Shown here piece after piece: positions 48,594 through 62,604 of a stretch of 64,000 nucleotides of DNA. A program made the position numbers and the translations under genes. Source of the stretch: Squalus acanthias (taxonomy: Eukaryota); contig CM059431.1 in assembly GCA_030390025.1 (NCBI GenBank), positions 109,928,001-109,992,000 on the forward strand, given 5' to 3'. Under the pieces are notes generated by a model. That model was given only the letters and a program-made list of their open reading frames with translations, was not told where the DNA came from and did no database searches. How positions within the stretch are numbered: position 1 is the stretch's first letter; the number at the start of each line of letters is the position of its first letter.

Positions 48594-50315
48594 GTAATAT
48601 TGCTGTGTCTATTTTTGATATAACTAATGCACATGATCAAACAAAACGCTCACATTTTGGTTAAAGATGGAATTGAAATTGATATATAGGCATAGTACTA
48701 CACCGGTTATGCATGCCAAAATATATTTTATTAACATTTTTTATTTCATTAGGAAGGTAAAATACTGGTAATGAACTTGTGAAGGTATTTACAGTTGTGT
48801 ACTTTATTGTGATTTTAGAGAAAGTTTGAATTCCAGTCTCAAATTTGTTGCCTGCACTTGTGATTATCCCTTTTTATTTTTAGGAGAAGAATTATTGTGA
48901 CTGTTTGGTAATTTCAAATGTGTCATTGGAGGGAGGAGGGGCAGTATTTAAATCTGACAGCCAGTGTTGCAGTGCATTAGGTCAACTTTATTTTGTTTGG
49001 CATTCTAACCTAGTGGTCATAGAATAGTACAACACAGGAGGCCATTCGGCCTATCGAGTATGTGCCGGCTCTTTCGACTAACAATCCAGTTAGTCCCATT
49101 CCCCTGCTCTTTCCCCATATCCCTGCAATTTTTTCTCCAAGTATTTATTCAATTCCCTTTTTGAAGGCTACTATTGAATCTGTATCCACCACCCGATCAG
49201 GGAGTGCATTCCAAATCCTAATCACTCGTTGCATAAAAAAGTTTTTCCTCATGTCGCTTCTGGTTCTTTTGCCAATCATCTTAAATCTGTGCCCTCTTGT
49301 TATCGACCCTTCAGCCATTGGAAACAGTTTCTCTTTATTTACTCTTTTGGACTCGTGGGACAGTTTTGTCAGCCACCCCATCAGCCAGAATTCGAACATT
49401 TATTTATTGTATTGGCACTTGCAGAACTCTGATATTGTATATTAACAAATTTTCAAGTCCCCCAACAGTTGCTTGTTTCTTATAGTGAAAAAACTCTGAT
49501 AAACTAGCGTCCAAACAGAGAATAGCTAAATGGGTAGGTGCATCTCCGATTGTCACCATTTAGTGGCTAGGGAACACCAAGGGCAAAGTCAAGGTCATTT
49601 CACCAGTTTTAAAGCTGCTTCCTGAACATCTCTCAATCGGGTGCAGATTGACAGCATTTTGTAGGACTACCACATGGAGTAACTCTCATACTTTTTTCTA
49701 AGCACTCATCGGACCGGTGACAGCACAGGATGTTTGGGAGAGCTGACTTGGAAAATGACAAAATATATTTCAGGGGTCCTCATCCTAAATTATATTCCTT
49801 TGGCATGCTCCTGCAGTGTTGAGAATATGAAATGGAAAAATATAGATCACTTATCTTGCAAGTGTCTTCTAATGGGAACATTCTCCAATCACACTCATCC
49901 CACATAGCCATTCCCGCAGGCCCTGCTGAATGTTAAATCATCTAGGATTCGAGGAATATCAAGTAGTTGGTTGTTGAAGCTTGTGTCAAAATGCAGGCAT
50001 GGTACATGACTTTTTTATAAGGAACGGGAAAAGCGAACCCCGTCAGATAACGCCTTTGTGGCTAGGCATTGGTTTCTAAGGAATACATAAAAAGAGGCCC
50101 AGCCTCTTGTGTGTGAATGTTTTGTTTGAAGAATGAAGCTGGCCCTACCATGGTAGTTCATTTAGTATGTTGCATCTATAGGAGCCTATTTCTTCTGAGT
50201 ATACATTTACATAAACTATTTAGACTCTGGAATCAGAAGTACAATTTCAAAGAACTTTAGTTTCTAATCAGAATTTACTTTTTTTGAAAAATAATGTGCA
50301 TTTCTTTAATTCTAG

Positions 50316-50522
50316 GATTTCCTTTGTTCGGAGTGTAAGGAGAACAAAGAAGTATTGGGAATGAACTCGCCTGCTAATTTAAATAAGCCTTTTCATTTCA
50401 ATAGACTGCGTTCAACACACGATGTGGCGCTAAGCCAGAACATCTGCTACCTGAATGCTTGGAAAAATCCCTGTGAACAAACACTGAATAGAATATTTAA
50501 AAAGAATGGTATGGATTCCTGA
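50316..50522 (+). CDS. BORA: BORA coding exon 11 (ends at stop 50520-50522, or at internal donor after 50508)
   Basis: Acceptor tttctttaattctag; phase-0 frame open for 68 codons (DFLCSECKENKEVLGMNSP...KKNGMDS*). No recalled homology to the human C-terminus. Confidence 0.65.
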   Translation, partial: DFLCSECKENKEVLGMNSPANLNKPFHFNRLRSTHDVALSQNICYLNAWKNPCEQTLNRIFKKNGMDS

Positions 50523-51130
50523 TGGAGGCCATCTTGATAGCCTTATCCTGTAAAGAGAATGTCAATTTGCAAAGTGTTGGAGTATAGTTATTAATGACTT
50601 GTTAATGCAGGCTGTTATTTAGCAACTCTGGAGATTGTACACTCGAGTCTGCATTCTGGAAAGTTGTGCTTCCTGTCACCTGCAAAACACTGGTTAATGT
50701 TGATCTGGAATCGGCTTCATCGCAAATGGCCATGTCACTCCTGTGCGCGTGAGCTCACAGTTTATGATCTCAAAGTTTGGAATTGCCTGCTACTGGCTGA
50801 GATGCAGTGTGAAGAATAGAACTTTGTTCTTTTTAAACTTTCTTTTGTCATGCAGACTCTTGTCATAATATTGGATTCAGGAGAGAAATAGTCTTACTTC
50901 TAAAACTTGAGAGATTTGCACATCATTATACAGTTATCTACCTAGCATGCTTTTAAGGGAGAAATATGTTTGAATCATAGAAATTTCAGCATAGAAGGTG
51001 GCCATTTGGTCCATCATGTCTGCTGGTGCTAGCTCCATGTCAGAACTACCCACTCTAACCTTATTTCTGTACTCTTTCCCCAAACTGTTAATATTTTTCA
51101 TATTTATCTCATTCTCTCAAATGCTGATTG

Positions 51131-54100
51131 AAACATAGAAGCTAGGAGCAGGAGTAGGCCATTCGGCCCCTCGAGCCTGCTCCGCATTCAATGCGATCCT
51201 GGCTGATCATCCAAATTCAGTACCCTGTCCCTGCTTTCTCCCCATATCCCTTGATCCCCTTAGCCTTAAGAAATATATCTAACTCCTTCTTGAATATATT
51301 TAATGAATTGGCCTCAACTGCCTTCTGTGGTAGAGAATTCCACAGGTTCACCACTCTCTGGGTGAAGAAATTCCTCCTCATCTCAGTCCTAAATGGCTTA
51401 CCCCTTATCCTTAGACTGTGACCCCTGGTTCTGGACTCCCCCGCCATCGGGAACAGCCTTCCTGCATCTAGTCTGTCTAGTCCTGTTAGAATTTTATAAG
51501 TTTCAATGAGATCCCCTCTCATTCTTCTAAGCTCTAGCGAATATAAGCCTAATCGACCCAATATCTCTTCATATGTCATTCCTGCCATCCCAGGTATCAG
51601 TCTGGTGAATCTTCGCTGCACTCCCTCCATGGCAAGAACATCCTTCCTCCGATAAGGCGACCAAAACTGCACACAATACTCAAGGTGTGGTCTCACCAAG
51701 GCCTTGTACAACTGCAGCAGGACAGCCTTGCTCCTGTACTCGAATCCTCTCGCTATGAAGGCCAACATACCATTTGCCGCCTTAACCGCATGCTTACCTT
51801 CAGCGACTGGTGCACAAGGACACCCAGGTCTCGTTGCACTTCCCCTTTTCCCAATCTATTGCCGTTCAGATAATAATCTGTCTTCCTGTTTTTGCCACCA
51901 AAGTGGATAACCTCACATTTATCCACATTATACTGCATCTGCCATGCATCTGCCCAATCACCCAACCTGTCCAAATCATACTGGAGTTTCTCTGCATCCT
52001 CCTCACAGCACACACGCCCACCCAGCTTTGTGTCGTCTGCAAACTTAGAGATATTACATCTAGTTCCCTCGTCTAGATCATTAATATATATTGTGAATAA
52101 CTGGGGTCCTAGCACCGATCCCTGCGGTACCCCACTAGTCACTGCGTGCCGCTCGGAAAAAGACCCGTTTATTCCAACTCTTTGCTTCCTGTCTGCCAAC
52201 CAGTTTTCTATCCAAGTCAGTACCTTACCCCCAATCCCATGTGCTTTAACTTTGCACGCTAATCTCTTATGCGGGACCTTATCGAAAGCCTTCTGAAAGT
52301 CCAAATACACCACATCCACTGGTTTTCCCTTATCTATTCTACCAGTTACATCCTAAAAAAATTCCAGTAGATTAGTCAAGCATGATTTACTTTTTGTAAA
52401 TCCATGTTGATTTGTCCGATCCTGTCACTGTTATCCAAGTGCTCTGCTATTACATCTTTTATAATGGACTCTAGCATTTTCCCCACTACCGATGTCAGGC
52501 TTATAATTCCCCGTTTTCTCTCTACCACCTTTTTTAAATAGTGGTATTACATTAGCTACCCTCCAATCCATGGGAACTGTTCCAGAGTCTATAGAATTTT
52601 GGAAGATGACCAGCAATGCATCTACTATTTCTAGGGCCACTTCCTTAAGTACCCTAGGATGTAGATTATCAGGCCCTGGGGATTTATCGGCCTTCAATCC
52701 CATCAATTTCCCTAACACTATTTCCCTACAAATACTGATTTCATTCAGTTCCTCTCTCTCATTAGACCCTATGTTCCCCGACATCTCTGGGAGTTTATTT
52801 GTGTCCTCCTTTATGAAGACAGAACCAAAGTATGTATTTAATTGGTCTGCCATTTCTTTGTTCCCCATTATAAATTCCCCTGATTCTGACTGCAAGGGAC
52901 TTACGCTTGACTTCACAAATCTTTTTCTCTTCACATATCTACATAGAAGCTTTTACAGTCAGTTTTTTTTGTTCCCTGCAAGCTTACTCTCGTACTCTAT
53001 TTTCCCCCTCTTAATTAATCCCTTTGTCCTCCTTTGCTGAATCCTAAACTGCTCCCACTCCTCAGGTTTGCTGCTTTTTCTGGCCAATTTATATGTCCTC
53101 TCCTTGGATCTTATGCTATCTCTAATTTCCCTTGTTAGCCACGGTTGAGTCACCTTTTTTGTTTTATTTTTATGCCAAACAGGGATGAACAAATTCTGTA
53201 GTTCATCCATGCGATCTTTAAATGTTTGCCATTGCCTATCCACCGTCAACCCTTTAAGTAACATTCCCCAATCCATCCTAGCCAACTCGCGCCTCATACC
53301 ATCGTAGTTCCCTTTATTTAAATTCAGGACCCTAGTCTCTGAGTCAACTACTTCACTCTCCATCTTAATGAAGAATTCGATCATATTATGATCGCTCCTC
53401 CCCAAGGGGCCTCGCACAACAAGATTGCTAATAATCCTTTCTCATTACATAATACCCAGTCTAAGATGGCCTGATCTCTAGTTGGTTCCTCGACATATTG
53501 GTCCAGGAAACCATCCTGTATACACTCTAGGAATTCCTCCTCCACAGTATTGTTACTAATTTGGTTAGCCCAATCTATGTAGATTAAAGTCACCCATGAT
53601 AACTGCTGTGCCCTTATTGCACGCATCTCTAATTTCCCGTTTAATGCCATCCCCAACCTCAGCATTACTGTTTGGGGGTCTGTATACAACTCCCACTAAC
53701 GTTTTCTGCCCCATGGTGTTTCTCAGCTCTACCCATACAGATTCCACATCATCAGAGCTAATATCCTTCCTTACTATTGTGTTAATCTCCTCTTTAACCA
53801 GCAATGCTACCCCACCTGTTTTTCCTTTTTGCCTGTCCTTCCTGAATATTGAATACCCCTGGATGTTGAATTCCCAGCCTTGGTCACCCTGGAGCCATGT
53901 CTCCGTAATCCCAATTATATCATATCCGTTTACATCTATTTGCGCAGCTAATTCATCCACCTTATTACGAATGCTCCTTGCATTAAGACACAGAGCCTTC
54001 AGGCTTGTTTTTTTAACACTCTTAGACCATTTAGAATTATTGTTTACTGTGGCCATGTTTGATGTACACCCTTGATTTCTCTACCTTCCACTTTTGCTTT

Positions 54101-55645
54101 TCTCCTTCCTGTCTTGTGTTTCTATCCTTGCTTCCCTTTCCTCTGTCTCCCTGCACAGGTTCCCAACCCCCTGCCATTTTAGTTTTAAACCCTCCCCAAC
54201 AGCACTAGCAAACACTCCCCCTAGGACATCGGTCCCGGTCCTGCCCAGGTACAAACCGTCCAGTTTGTACTGGTCCCACCTCCCCCAGAACCGGTTCCAA
54301 TGTCCCAGGAATTTGAATCCCTCCCCCTTGCACCATTCTTCTAGCCACGTATTCATCTGAAATATCCTTCTATTTCTACTCTGACTAGTACGTGGCACTG
54401 GTAGCAATCCTGAGATTACTACCTTTTGAGGTCCTATTTTTTAATTTACCTCCTAACTCCCTATATTCAGCTTTTAGGACCTCATCCTGTTTTTTACCTA
54501 TATCGTTGGTACCTATATGCACCACGACAACTGGCTGTTCACCCTCCCCCTCCAGAATGCCCTGCAGCCGCTCTGAGACATCCTTGACCCTTGCACCAGG
54601 GAGGCAACATACCACCCTGGAGTCTCGTTTGCAGCCGCAGAAACGCCTATCTATTCCCCTTACAATAGAATCCCCTATCACTATAGCTCTCCTGCTCTTT
54701 TTCCTCCCGTCCTGTACAGCAGAACCACCCATGGTGCCAGGAAGTTGGTTGCTGCTGCCTTCCCCCGATAAGCCATCCTCAACAATATCCAAAGCGGTAT
54801 ATCTGTTTGAGAGGGGGATGGCCACAGGGGACCCCTGCCTGCGCCTACTACTCTGCCTGGCGGTCACTCATTCCCTTCCTGCCTGTGCAGCCTTTACCTG
54901 CGGTGTGACCAACTCATTAAACGTGATATCCACGACGTCCTCAGCATCGCGAATGCTCCAGTATGTATCCATTCGCAGCTCCAGCGCCGCAATGCGGTCT
55001 GCCAGTAGCTGCAGCTGGATACACTTCCTGCACACATGGTCGTTGGGGACACAGGAAGTGTCCCTGATTTCCCACATGGTGCAGGAGGAGCATGCCACGG
55101 GGCCGAGCTGTGCTGCCATGACTTACCCTTTAATTAATTTAAATTCAATCAAATCAATACCACAAATTACACTACAATTAAATGATATAGTCAAGGGCCC
55201 TTGTTTACTAGCACTCCCCGCTACACAACAGAGACCTTAGAAACTATAACCACAAAATTAAGACCACCTAAACTTTCTAAACTATTAACCTTAATTGTCA
55301 AACTATAGAGTAGTATAAATACTCACCTGGCCGTACTCACCCAATCAGCTGCTTCCTCTTGCCCACGTCACTTTTTAAATCGTGACGTGGCTCTGGAACG
55401 CCGCCGCCGGTAAGCCTCGGGGGGCGGGGGGAAGCCCGCAAAAGTGAGTTTAAATACTCACTGTACTGTCGCTCTCTGCTCCCGACACCGGCCTCTGGGG
55501 GAGAAAAAGCCCGCGAAAGTGAGTTTAAATACTCACTGTACCGTCGCTCTCTCTGCTCCCGACACCGGCTCTTGAAAAAAAGCCCGCGAAAGTGAGTTTA
55601 AATACTCACTGTACTGTCGCTCTCCCCGCTCCCGACACCGGCCAC
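51131..55645 (-). mobile_element. Near full-length CR1-clade LINE (5'UTR, ORF1, ORF2), inactivated by stops and frameshifts
   Basis: ORF1 about 55119-54081: CxxC..CxxC finger, coiled coil, SGNH esterase motifs IGDSIVR and HIGTND. ORF2 about 54056-51217: APE endonuclease (LNARS, GITETWL, GDFN) and RT (KFADDTKLGG). TTCTATGTTT tail. Confidence 0.95.
55432..55642. repeat. Three tandem ~74-bp repeats in the LINE 5'UTR
   Basis: AAGCCCGC..AAAGTGAGTTTAAATACTCACTGTAC..CTCCCGACACCGGC starting at 55432, 55507 and 55580. Confidence 0.9.
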
Positions 55646-56689
55646 TTGTGGTAAAGCATTTAATATTCTAATGTCCCTTTGTTTGAGAAATATTCTTTTA
55701 ACTTCTACGCTTCTAATACTAAATTTATACCGAGTCACCAACAAGTGCTTCCTGACTTGGCCAGCAACCTTTGCTAGAAGTGCAATATTATGGGGAGGGG
55801 GGGAGTGAAGCGAGTGATATTGAGGGCTACTGCTATGATTTCATGCTCCGCATGAGAGATTGTTCTGTTTGAGAATATTTAATTTGGACCTCTTTGTCAA
55901 TTTGGCTTCAGATGCAACAAAAATAATTCAGTTGTGGTTGTGCCGAAGATGCTTGTTATAGTTTCTATGAGCTTTGATATAGTCAGCAGTAGGATACTGG
56001 TCTATAGTTATGGACAATTTGATTTTGAGTTAGGGTTAAATGCTATGATTTCCAACTTGGAAATCTTCATATAAAATGCAGCCTAAAATCAATTTGAAGC
56101 AGATTAATGTTGTATTTTCATAGATTCTGGTAAGCGGTCTAAAGAATAGAAGGTGGAGGGGTTTTGTTTCTCAACAGTAGCTGTAGATTTTAAAGAATCA
56201 GAATGATAATTTCTTAACGCTGCAATTTGAGTTTTGAATGAGTGCGTAGGTTGAGTAATGCACCTTTGGAGCAATCTGTTGAAATTGGCTTTTGGGTCAC
56301 GAGAGATTCTAATCCGAGCCAGCTTATAAAAACAAAGCCACTGAAGATTCAGTATCCAATTCTTGCATAATTCAAGAGGCTATTTTTGAACCTAATTTTA
56401 CCAGTGATTCATTGTCTGAAATATAGAAGTGACATTAAGTGGTATGAATTGGACCAAAATTCCTTCATCTATACCTGGTAATTGATCAACATGCTCTGAA
56501 TAATCATAAGCAAATCCACTAGAATTTCTCTGTCTTTTCATGCTCTCAGCAAATGTGTGGGTCAAATACGTGAAACATTTGTCCTGTCAATGTTGCTTCC
56601 AGCGGGACTGTAATAATACTTAACATGCAATGGAGACAAATAATTTCACTGACAATCCTATCTTGTATATCTTAGGGACTAGTTTTTCT

Positions 56690-57920
56690 TTAAAACTAAC
56701 ATTTATACAGTGCATTTAGCATAGGATAAAATCTCCCAAGGTGCTTCAGAGGTGTAATCAGACACACATTGACTGGGCCAAAGAGAGATATTGGGAGAAG
56801 TGGGTGTCTGGTATTATGGAGTGTAGAGGATGGGAGGCTGGTCAGAAGAGCATCAGAATAATCAAATCGAGGTGACAAAAGTCATGGATGAAGGTTTCAG
56901 CAGTAGATGGATTGTGGCAGGCAATGTTACGGAGGTGGAAGTAGATGGAATTTGTGATGGAGAATAAGTGAGGTTGGAATAGCAGCTCCGAGCCAAATAT
57001 GATGCCACGGTTACGAGTAGTCTGGTTCTGCCTGAGAAAGTGGCCAGGGAGGGGAATGGAATCGGTAGCACGATTACGGAGTTTGTGATTGAGGTCATAG
57101 CTGATGGCTTCAGTTCTCCTGATATTTAACTGGGGGGAATTGCAGCATATCCAGGACTGGATGTCTGACGAGCAGTCCAACAGCACAGAGGCAGTGGAGG
57201 GGCTAAGAGCTTTGCGGAAGAGGAGAGGGCCAAGGATAGATCCTTGGTGGACTCCAAAGGTAATGGTGCTGGGGATGGGAAGAGGAGCCATTGATGGAGA
57301 TGCTCTGGCTATGAATAGATAGGCAAGATTGGAGCCAAGCGAGGGCAGATCTGCTGAGTTGGATAACAGAGGAGAGGTGTTGGAGGAGGATGGTGTTGTG
57401 TGCTAAAGGCTGCAGAGAGGATGGGGAGAAATAATACACTGCAGTCACAGAGGATGTCATTTGTGACTTTGGATAAGAGCCATTTCATTGCTGTGGCAAG
57501 GGTAGAAACCTAATTGGAGAGATTCAAACGTGGAGCCGCGGGACAGATGGGCAACACTGAAAGGGAACATGGAGATGGGGCAGTGGTTTGCAAATACAGC
57601 GGGGTTGTGGTTGTTTTTTTTAAGGAGCGGTGATGACTTGTTTTGAAAGGGATGAGGCAGTACCTATAGAGAAGGAACCATTTACAATGTCAGCTAGCAT
57701 AGGGGCCAGGAAGGAAAGTTGGGTGGTCAGTAGTTTCGTAGGAATGGATTCAACGAGCAGGAGGTGGGTCTCACGGGCAAGAGAGAATTAGGAGAGATGG
57801 GAAAGAAACTAGAGAGAGATGAGGGTTCATGGTTAGGGCCTGCGGAGAGAGGTTTGGCTTGGTGGTCATGGGGAAGGGGTAAAAGCAGTTGAACAGATGG
57901 TCTCAATCTTGGTGACAAAG
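56690..57920 (-). mobile_element. Decayed L2-clade LINE RT region
   Basis: GVHQGSILGPLLF, YFHLRNIA, RFDYSDALL peptides typical of L2 ORF2. Another decayed piece at about 62880-63500. Confidence 0.75.
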
Positions 57921-58324
57921 TAGTCCTCGGAAGAAGTCTCTATTTGAACCATACAGACCAGGAAGATTTGCTTCCACGTTGTTCATGTTAGCTGGTCTGA
58001 ATTGTGACAGCAGTAAGGGTTCTAGAGTTGGCAGCAGTGACCCTTGATTAAATATTGTAAAGTGACCCCTGCTGAAAGTGCACGTGTGGATCGCAGACAA
58101 GATTAGCTGCGATGTACTGTCGAGGCTCACTCGTGAATAATGGCCGCTTGAGATACTGGAAGGTGATCATTATCTATAGAATCAAACCCCAGACAAGGAG
58201 TTGATGCTTGGGTAAGGGAGCAAGTTGGGCTGGGGGGGAATTGCTTGCTTTGAAACTGAAAGGTTAATGTGGGTTTGGGGTAGTGCAAACCAGGTTCCTC
58301 TAACTCTTTGTTCTTTCCTTGCAG

Positions 58325-58443
58325 TAAGATATTCTCCACCTCGCCTGCATGATGAAAAATCGTCTTGTTTTATAAGACAACCTCTTGAAATGACTGTGGA
58401 GGAACCTGAGCCCATTGGTGATAACGCTATGTCTTTGTTTTAA
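58325..58443 (+). CDS. BORA: Candidate BORA terminal coding exon 12
   Basis: Strong acceptor ctctttgttctttccttgcag. Phase 1 matches donor AATG|gtatgg at 50508. Frame (V)RYSPPRLHDEKSSCFIRQPLEMTVEEPEPIGDNAMSLF*, followed by AT-rich UTR-like DNA with ATTAAA at 59214. Confidence 0.55.
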
Positions 58444-59911
58444 TCAGTTCCAAGTGGCTGCAAAATCCAGTCTTAAAGGGTAGAATTTTTGTCTTGTTGA
58501 TTATGAATGGATGTAAAATCCATCTGTAAATGTCACAATTGGCTTGGGACATTAGTAACCTGAAAATGCCTAAAGAGCCATGAGGATGAGTGGCAAAAAA
58601 TCTTGATCAGCACTTCTATAAATGTTAATTGCATGTAGTTAAAGAAAAGCTATTTATAAAGTACCTGAATTTACTGATCAGTTGCTATGTTACCCATAAA
58701 TCATGCATATAAAGCAGCAGTTCCAGTTTTTTTTTCCTTCAAATTGATGCATTAGTAAATATCCCCACTAGTCAGACTTGTTTGTCAACAATGTTCTTAT
58801 AGCCTGGCATGTATTGTACTTTAACCTAATAATTTTTATTATGTAAGTATATAGATGGAATTCATTTAAGAACTTTTTAAAACAAAATCTAAAATCAGTG
58901 GCAGCTTACCATCTTTTCAATGACTTGCCATCTGGCTCTTTGTCTGGAAACATCTAAATCAGGATCTTGGCACTCCAAGAATTGTCAAATGATATTCTTA
59001 GATGCACAGAAAAGCTAGTACAATCAAGTTTAAATTTGAAATGAAAAATATGCTCTTAAAATATTCTGGTTTAAATTTTGCTTCTGATTTCAGTAGTTAA
59101 ATATATTTTAATAGCAAAAAAATCTAATGTTTACATTTTAGACCTAATGGTCTAGTAGTAATATTTTATACTCAAATGGAACTACATGTGCTTTTTTAAA
59201 ATCAAGATATTTAATTAAAAAAAGTTTCTAAATCCTGTGTCTAAACTTTTTGGTCCTTGCATTAGAACAAATTATTTTTGCACACTGCAAGATAGATACA
59301 TTTCAAAATGTGTTACATAAATGCAGATATTGGATAGTTGTAATAATGGCTTATTTATTCCTACACGCCACTGCTGAAATACAAGTGGTTTAAAGAGCTA
59401 TTGCAAACTAGTATCTCCCAGAAGTTTTGTAAGGAAAGCAATTCTAGTCTAAGTGAAGCTAAGCTGTTTGTCATGTGAACACTTTAGATCTTATCCTTCC
59501 CTCTGTCGTGTTTTATATTAGTAGCTTGCCTCTGGTGTTGCTGATGCTGTTTAAGGGCAGGGGTGTAATTTTGTTTAATGCACAATTTTACTGCTCTGCT
59601 GCACAGTTGAAGCTGTGTCTCTCTAAAGCATTTAAACATTGGGTGAAGGTCAGAGTTTAATTACTCTTTAGATTGTTGGTCAGAACCCCGACTTTGTCAG
59701 TCTGCGATTAGGTATCCTGGTTCTTTTCAATTACTGGGAGACTTGGCTCAGCTCAGGCTTACTTTGTTTTTTTTATATTTGTCTAACATTGTCATGAATG
59801 AGCCATAACATCAGGAAGATCAAAGCCATTATTTTCAGCCCACCACCACAAACACTTCCCTTGCCAATGACTTTATAGCCTTCCCCTGCCGCTCAATTAG
59901 GCTGAACATTA

Positions 59912-60875
59912 GGCCCAACCATCTTCAGCTGCTTCATCAATGACCTTCCCTCCAACAGAAGGTCAGAAATGCGGATGTTCGCTGATGACTGCACAGTGTT
60001 CAGTGCCATTCACAACTCCTCAGATAATGAAGCAGTCCATGCCCGCATGCAACAAGACCTGGACGACGTTCAGGCTTGGGCTTATAAGTGGCAGGTAACA
60101 TTCGCACCACAGAAGTGCCAGGCAATGACTATCTCCAACAAGTGAGAGTCTAACCACCTCCCCTTGACATTCAACGGCATTACCATTGCCAAATCCCCCA
60201 CCGTCAGCATCCTGGGGGGGTCACCATTGACCAGAAACTTAACTGGACCAGCCACATAAATACTGTGGTAACAAGAGCAGGTCAGATGCTAGGTATTCTG
60301 CAGCGAGTGTTTCACCTCTTGACTCCCCAAAGCCTTTCCACCATCTATAAGGCACAAGTAAGGAGTGTGCTGGAATACTCTCCACTTGCCTGGATGAGTG
60401 CAGCTCCAACAACACTCAAGAAGCTCGACACCATCCAGGACAAAGCAGCCCGCTTGATTGGCACCCCATCCACCACCTTAAACATTCACTCCCTCCACCA
60501 CCGGCGTACCGTGGCTGCAGTGTGTACTATCTACAAGCTGCAGTGCAGCAACTCACCAAGGCTTCTTCGGCAGCACCTCCCAAACCCGCAACCTCTTCCA
60601 CCTAGAAGGACAAGGGCAGCAGATTCATAGGAACACCACCACCTCCAAGTTCCCCTCCAAGTCACACACCATCCTGACTTAGAAGTATATCGCTGATCCT
60701 TCATCGTCGCTGGGTCAAAATCCTGGAACTCCCTCCCTAACAGCACTGTGGGAGTACCTTCATCACGTGGACTGCAGTGGTTCAAGAAGGCAGCTTACCA
60801 CCACCACCTTCTCAAGGGCAATTAGAGATAAATGCTGGCCTTGCCAGCAACACCCACATCCCATAAACAAATTAA
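59912..60875 (+). mobile_element. CR1-group LINE (family B) 3' fragment inserted into an L2 remnant
   Basis: MFADDCTVF, YKAQVRSVLEYSPLAW; same family as 24709-27855. L2-like sequence on both sides. Confidence 0.85.
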
Positions 60876-61779
60876 AAAATACATGGTGGTACAGAACCTT
60901 GGTATAGCGTTCGACCCTGAGCTGATGTTCAAATCCCATGTTCTATCCATTTACTTCCACCTCAACACCAGAGTGTCTATTGACACTGCTGTGTCAGTCA
61001 ATGAGTTGGAGGTGGGGTGGGTCATAAGCAAGACTCTTGGCAGTCGATTTTACAGCAACCTATTTAAACAGTGCACTACAGCAAATAGTTTAAATGGTCG
61101 TCTTAAAAAGAGTCTCTACAAACTAGAGGAAACAACTCATGACTGAAATGGCAGCAACTTCTGATTAAAAGTAAGGTGATTTCTCCAGCAAAATGCAGTG
61201 AGTGGAGGATAGTTACATTAGTTACAAATGATGGTAAAATCAATCCAGTTACTTACAGCAGTGGAGTCACCAGGCATGATTAACGGGGGAAATTGCACAA
61301 TCATCTCCATTCTGGCTAGGAATAGCGGTGTCACTATATGCAGCTTCACAACACTGCCCACCTCTAAACTGACTAGGTCGCACTAACCACCCCAGTCCTA
61401 GGATCTTTTTTGTACCGAATAGTTTATAAAAGAATCAACTGTCAATCAACCTCCTGGCTAAGCTTGCCAATGTATAAGATTCCAAATGATTTGAAGGTTG
61501 ACCTGTATTGGGGACAGTGATTTAACTTAAGTCTTGCTTGTGCTGAATAAATACAGTACATTACAGTATTCGAGCAGCAGTTTAGAGTATAATTGAGACT
61601 TATTACCACTTTTATATTCTGGGTAGAAGCCGTAACCGCAAGTAAGCTGCGCCCCGTGTATCTTGTCTCTCATCTCCCTGCTGTCTCCTGGATTCTTCCT
61701 GAAATCTTTTACAATTTGTGGCCTTTAAGACTCCCTTCCTATACCCTTACTCCCAAAACTAATACTTTCCTATTCCCTC

Positions 61780-62195
61780 CACTGACTGCCTGTCAGAGGG
61801 ACTGGTCCCTCTATCCTACCCTTATCCATTCTTCCATCACTTCTACTTCCATCTGTCATTCATATGCAACACCTGTCCAGTGTCCACTCTTCCATATGAG
61901 ACAGCACTTTATCTGCACTTCCTCTAAGCTGTTGTATTCTATTCACTGCTCAGAATGGGGTCTCCTATACATTGGTGAGACCAACTGCAGATTAGGTGAC
62001 CGTTTCACTGAATATCTGCTCTGTCTGGAAGTGTGACCCTGACCTGTTTGTGGCTTACCACTTTAATTTTCCCCTGTGATCTCTTTAGTTTTCTACAAAG
62101 AAGCTCAATGCAAGCTCCAAGAACAGCATCTCATCTTTCGGCTGGGAACCTGCAGCCTTCTGGTCTTCACATTGACTTTAGTAACTTCAGACCTT
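61780..62195 (+). mobile_element. Penelope-like element GIY-YIG endonuclease remnant
   Basis: FICTSSKLLYSIHCSEWGLLYIGETNCRLGDRFTEYL and KLQEQHLIFRLGT match the PLE GIY-YIG pattern. Confidence 0.8.
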
Positions 62196-62604
62196 AGCTA
62201 CATTCTTCTCTTTCGTCACAGGAATATGATGGGTTGGGAGGAGGTGGGTTGGAGATTCTGAGGGAGAATTTCTCCAAGTTTCCCTGATCTGTAATTTCAA
62301 CAGGAATCCCGGAGCAACCACCATTTTTAGCCATTTGTGTACGGGATTCTGGTGATCTCCCACCATGGAAATTTCAGGCATCTATGTCTGACTAGAATGC
62401 TCCATTCTTTTGGGGTGGGGAGCTCATTGAAAAGCAACTAGAAATCACTCATGACCCAACCATCAAGTGGGCTGCTTATGGCTAGAATTTGTAGGCCCAG
62501 TGTACAAGAGTCCAGGTAGGACCAGTCACCACCACCACCACCACCAGATTTTTTTTTAAAAACAGTAAATACCATTCTTCTCCCTACTACAATACTTTTA
62601 AAAA

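Noticed and set aside
54392..55240. 282-aa plus-strand ORF antisense to LINE ORF1
   Set aside because: Shadow of the coding strand, starting at a non-ATG codon, with no recognisable domain. The same applies to other antisense ORFs over the LINEs.
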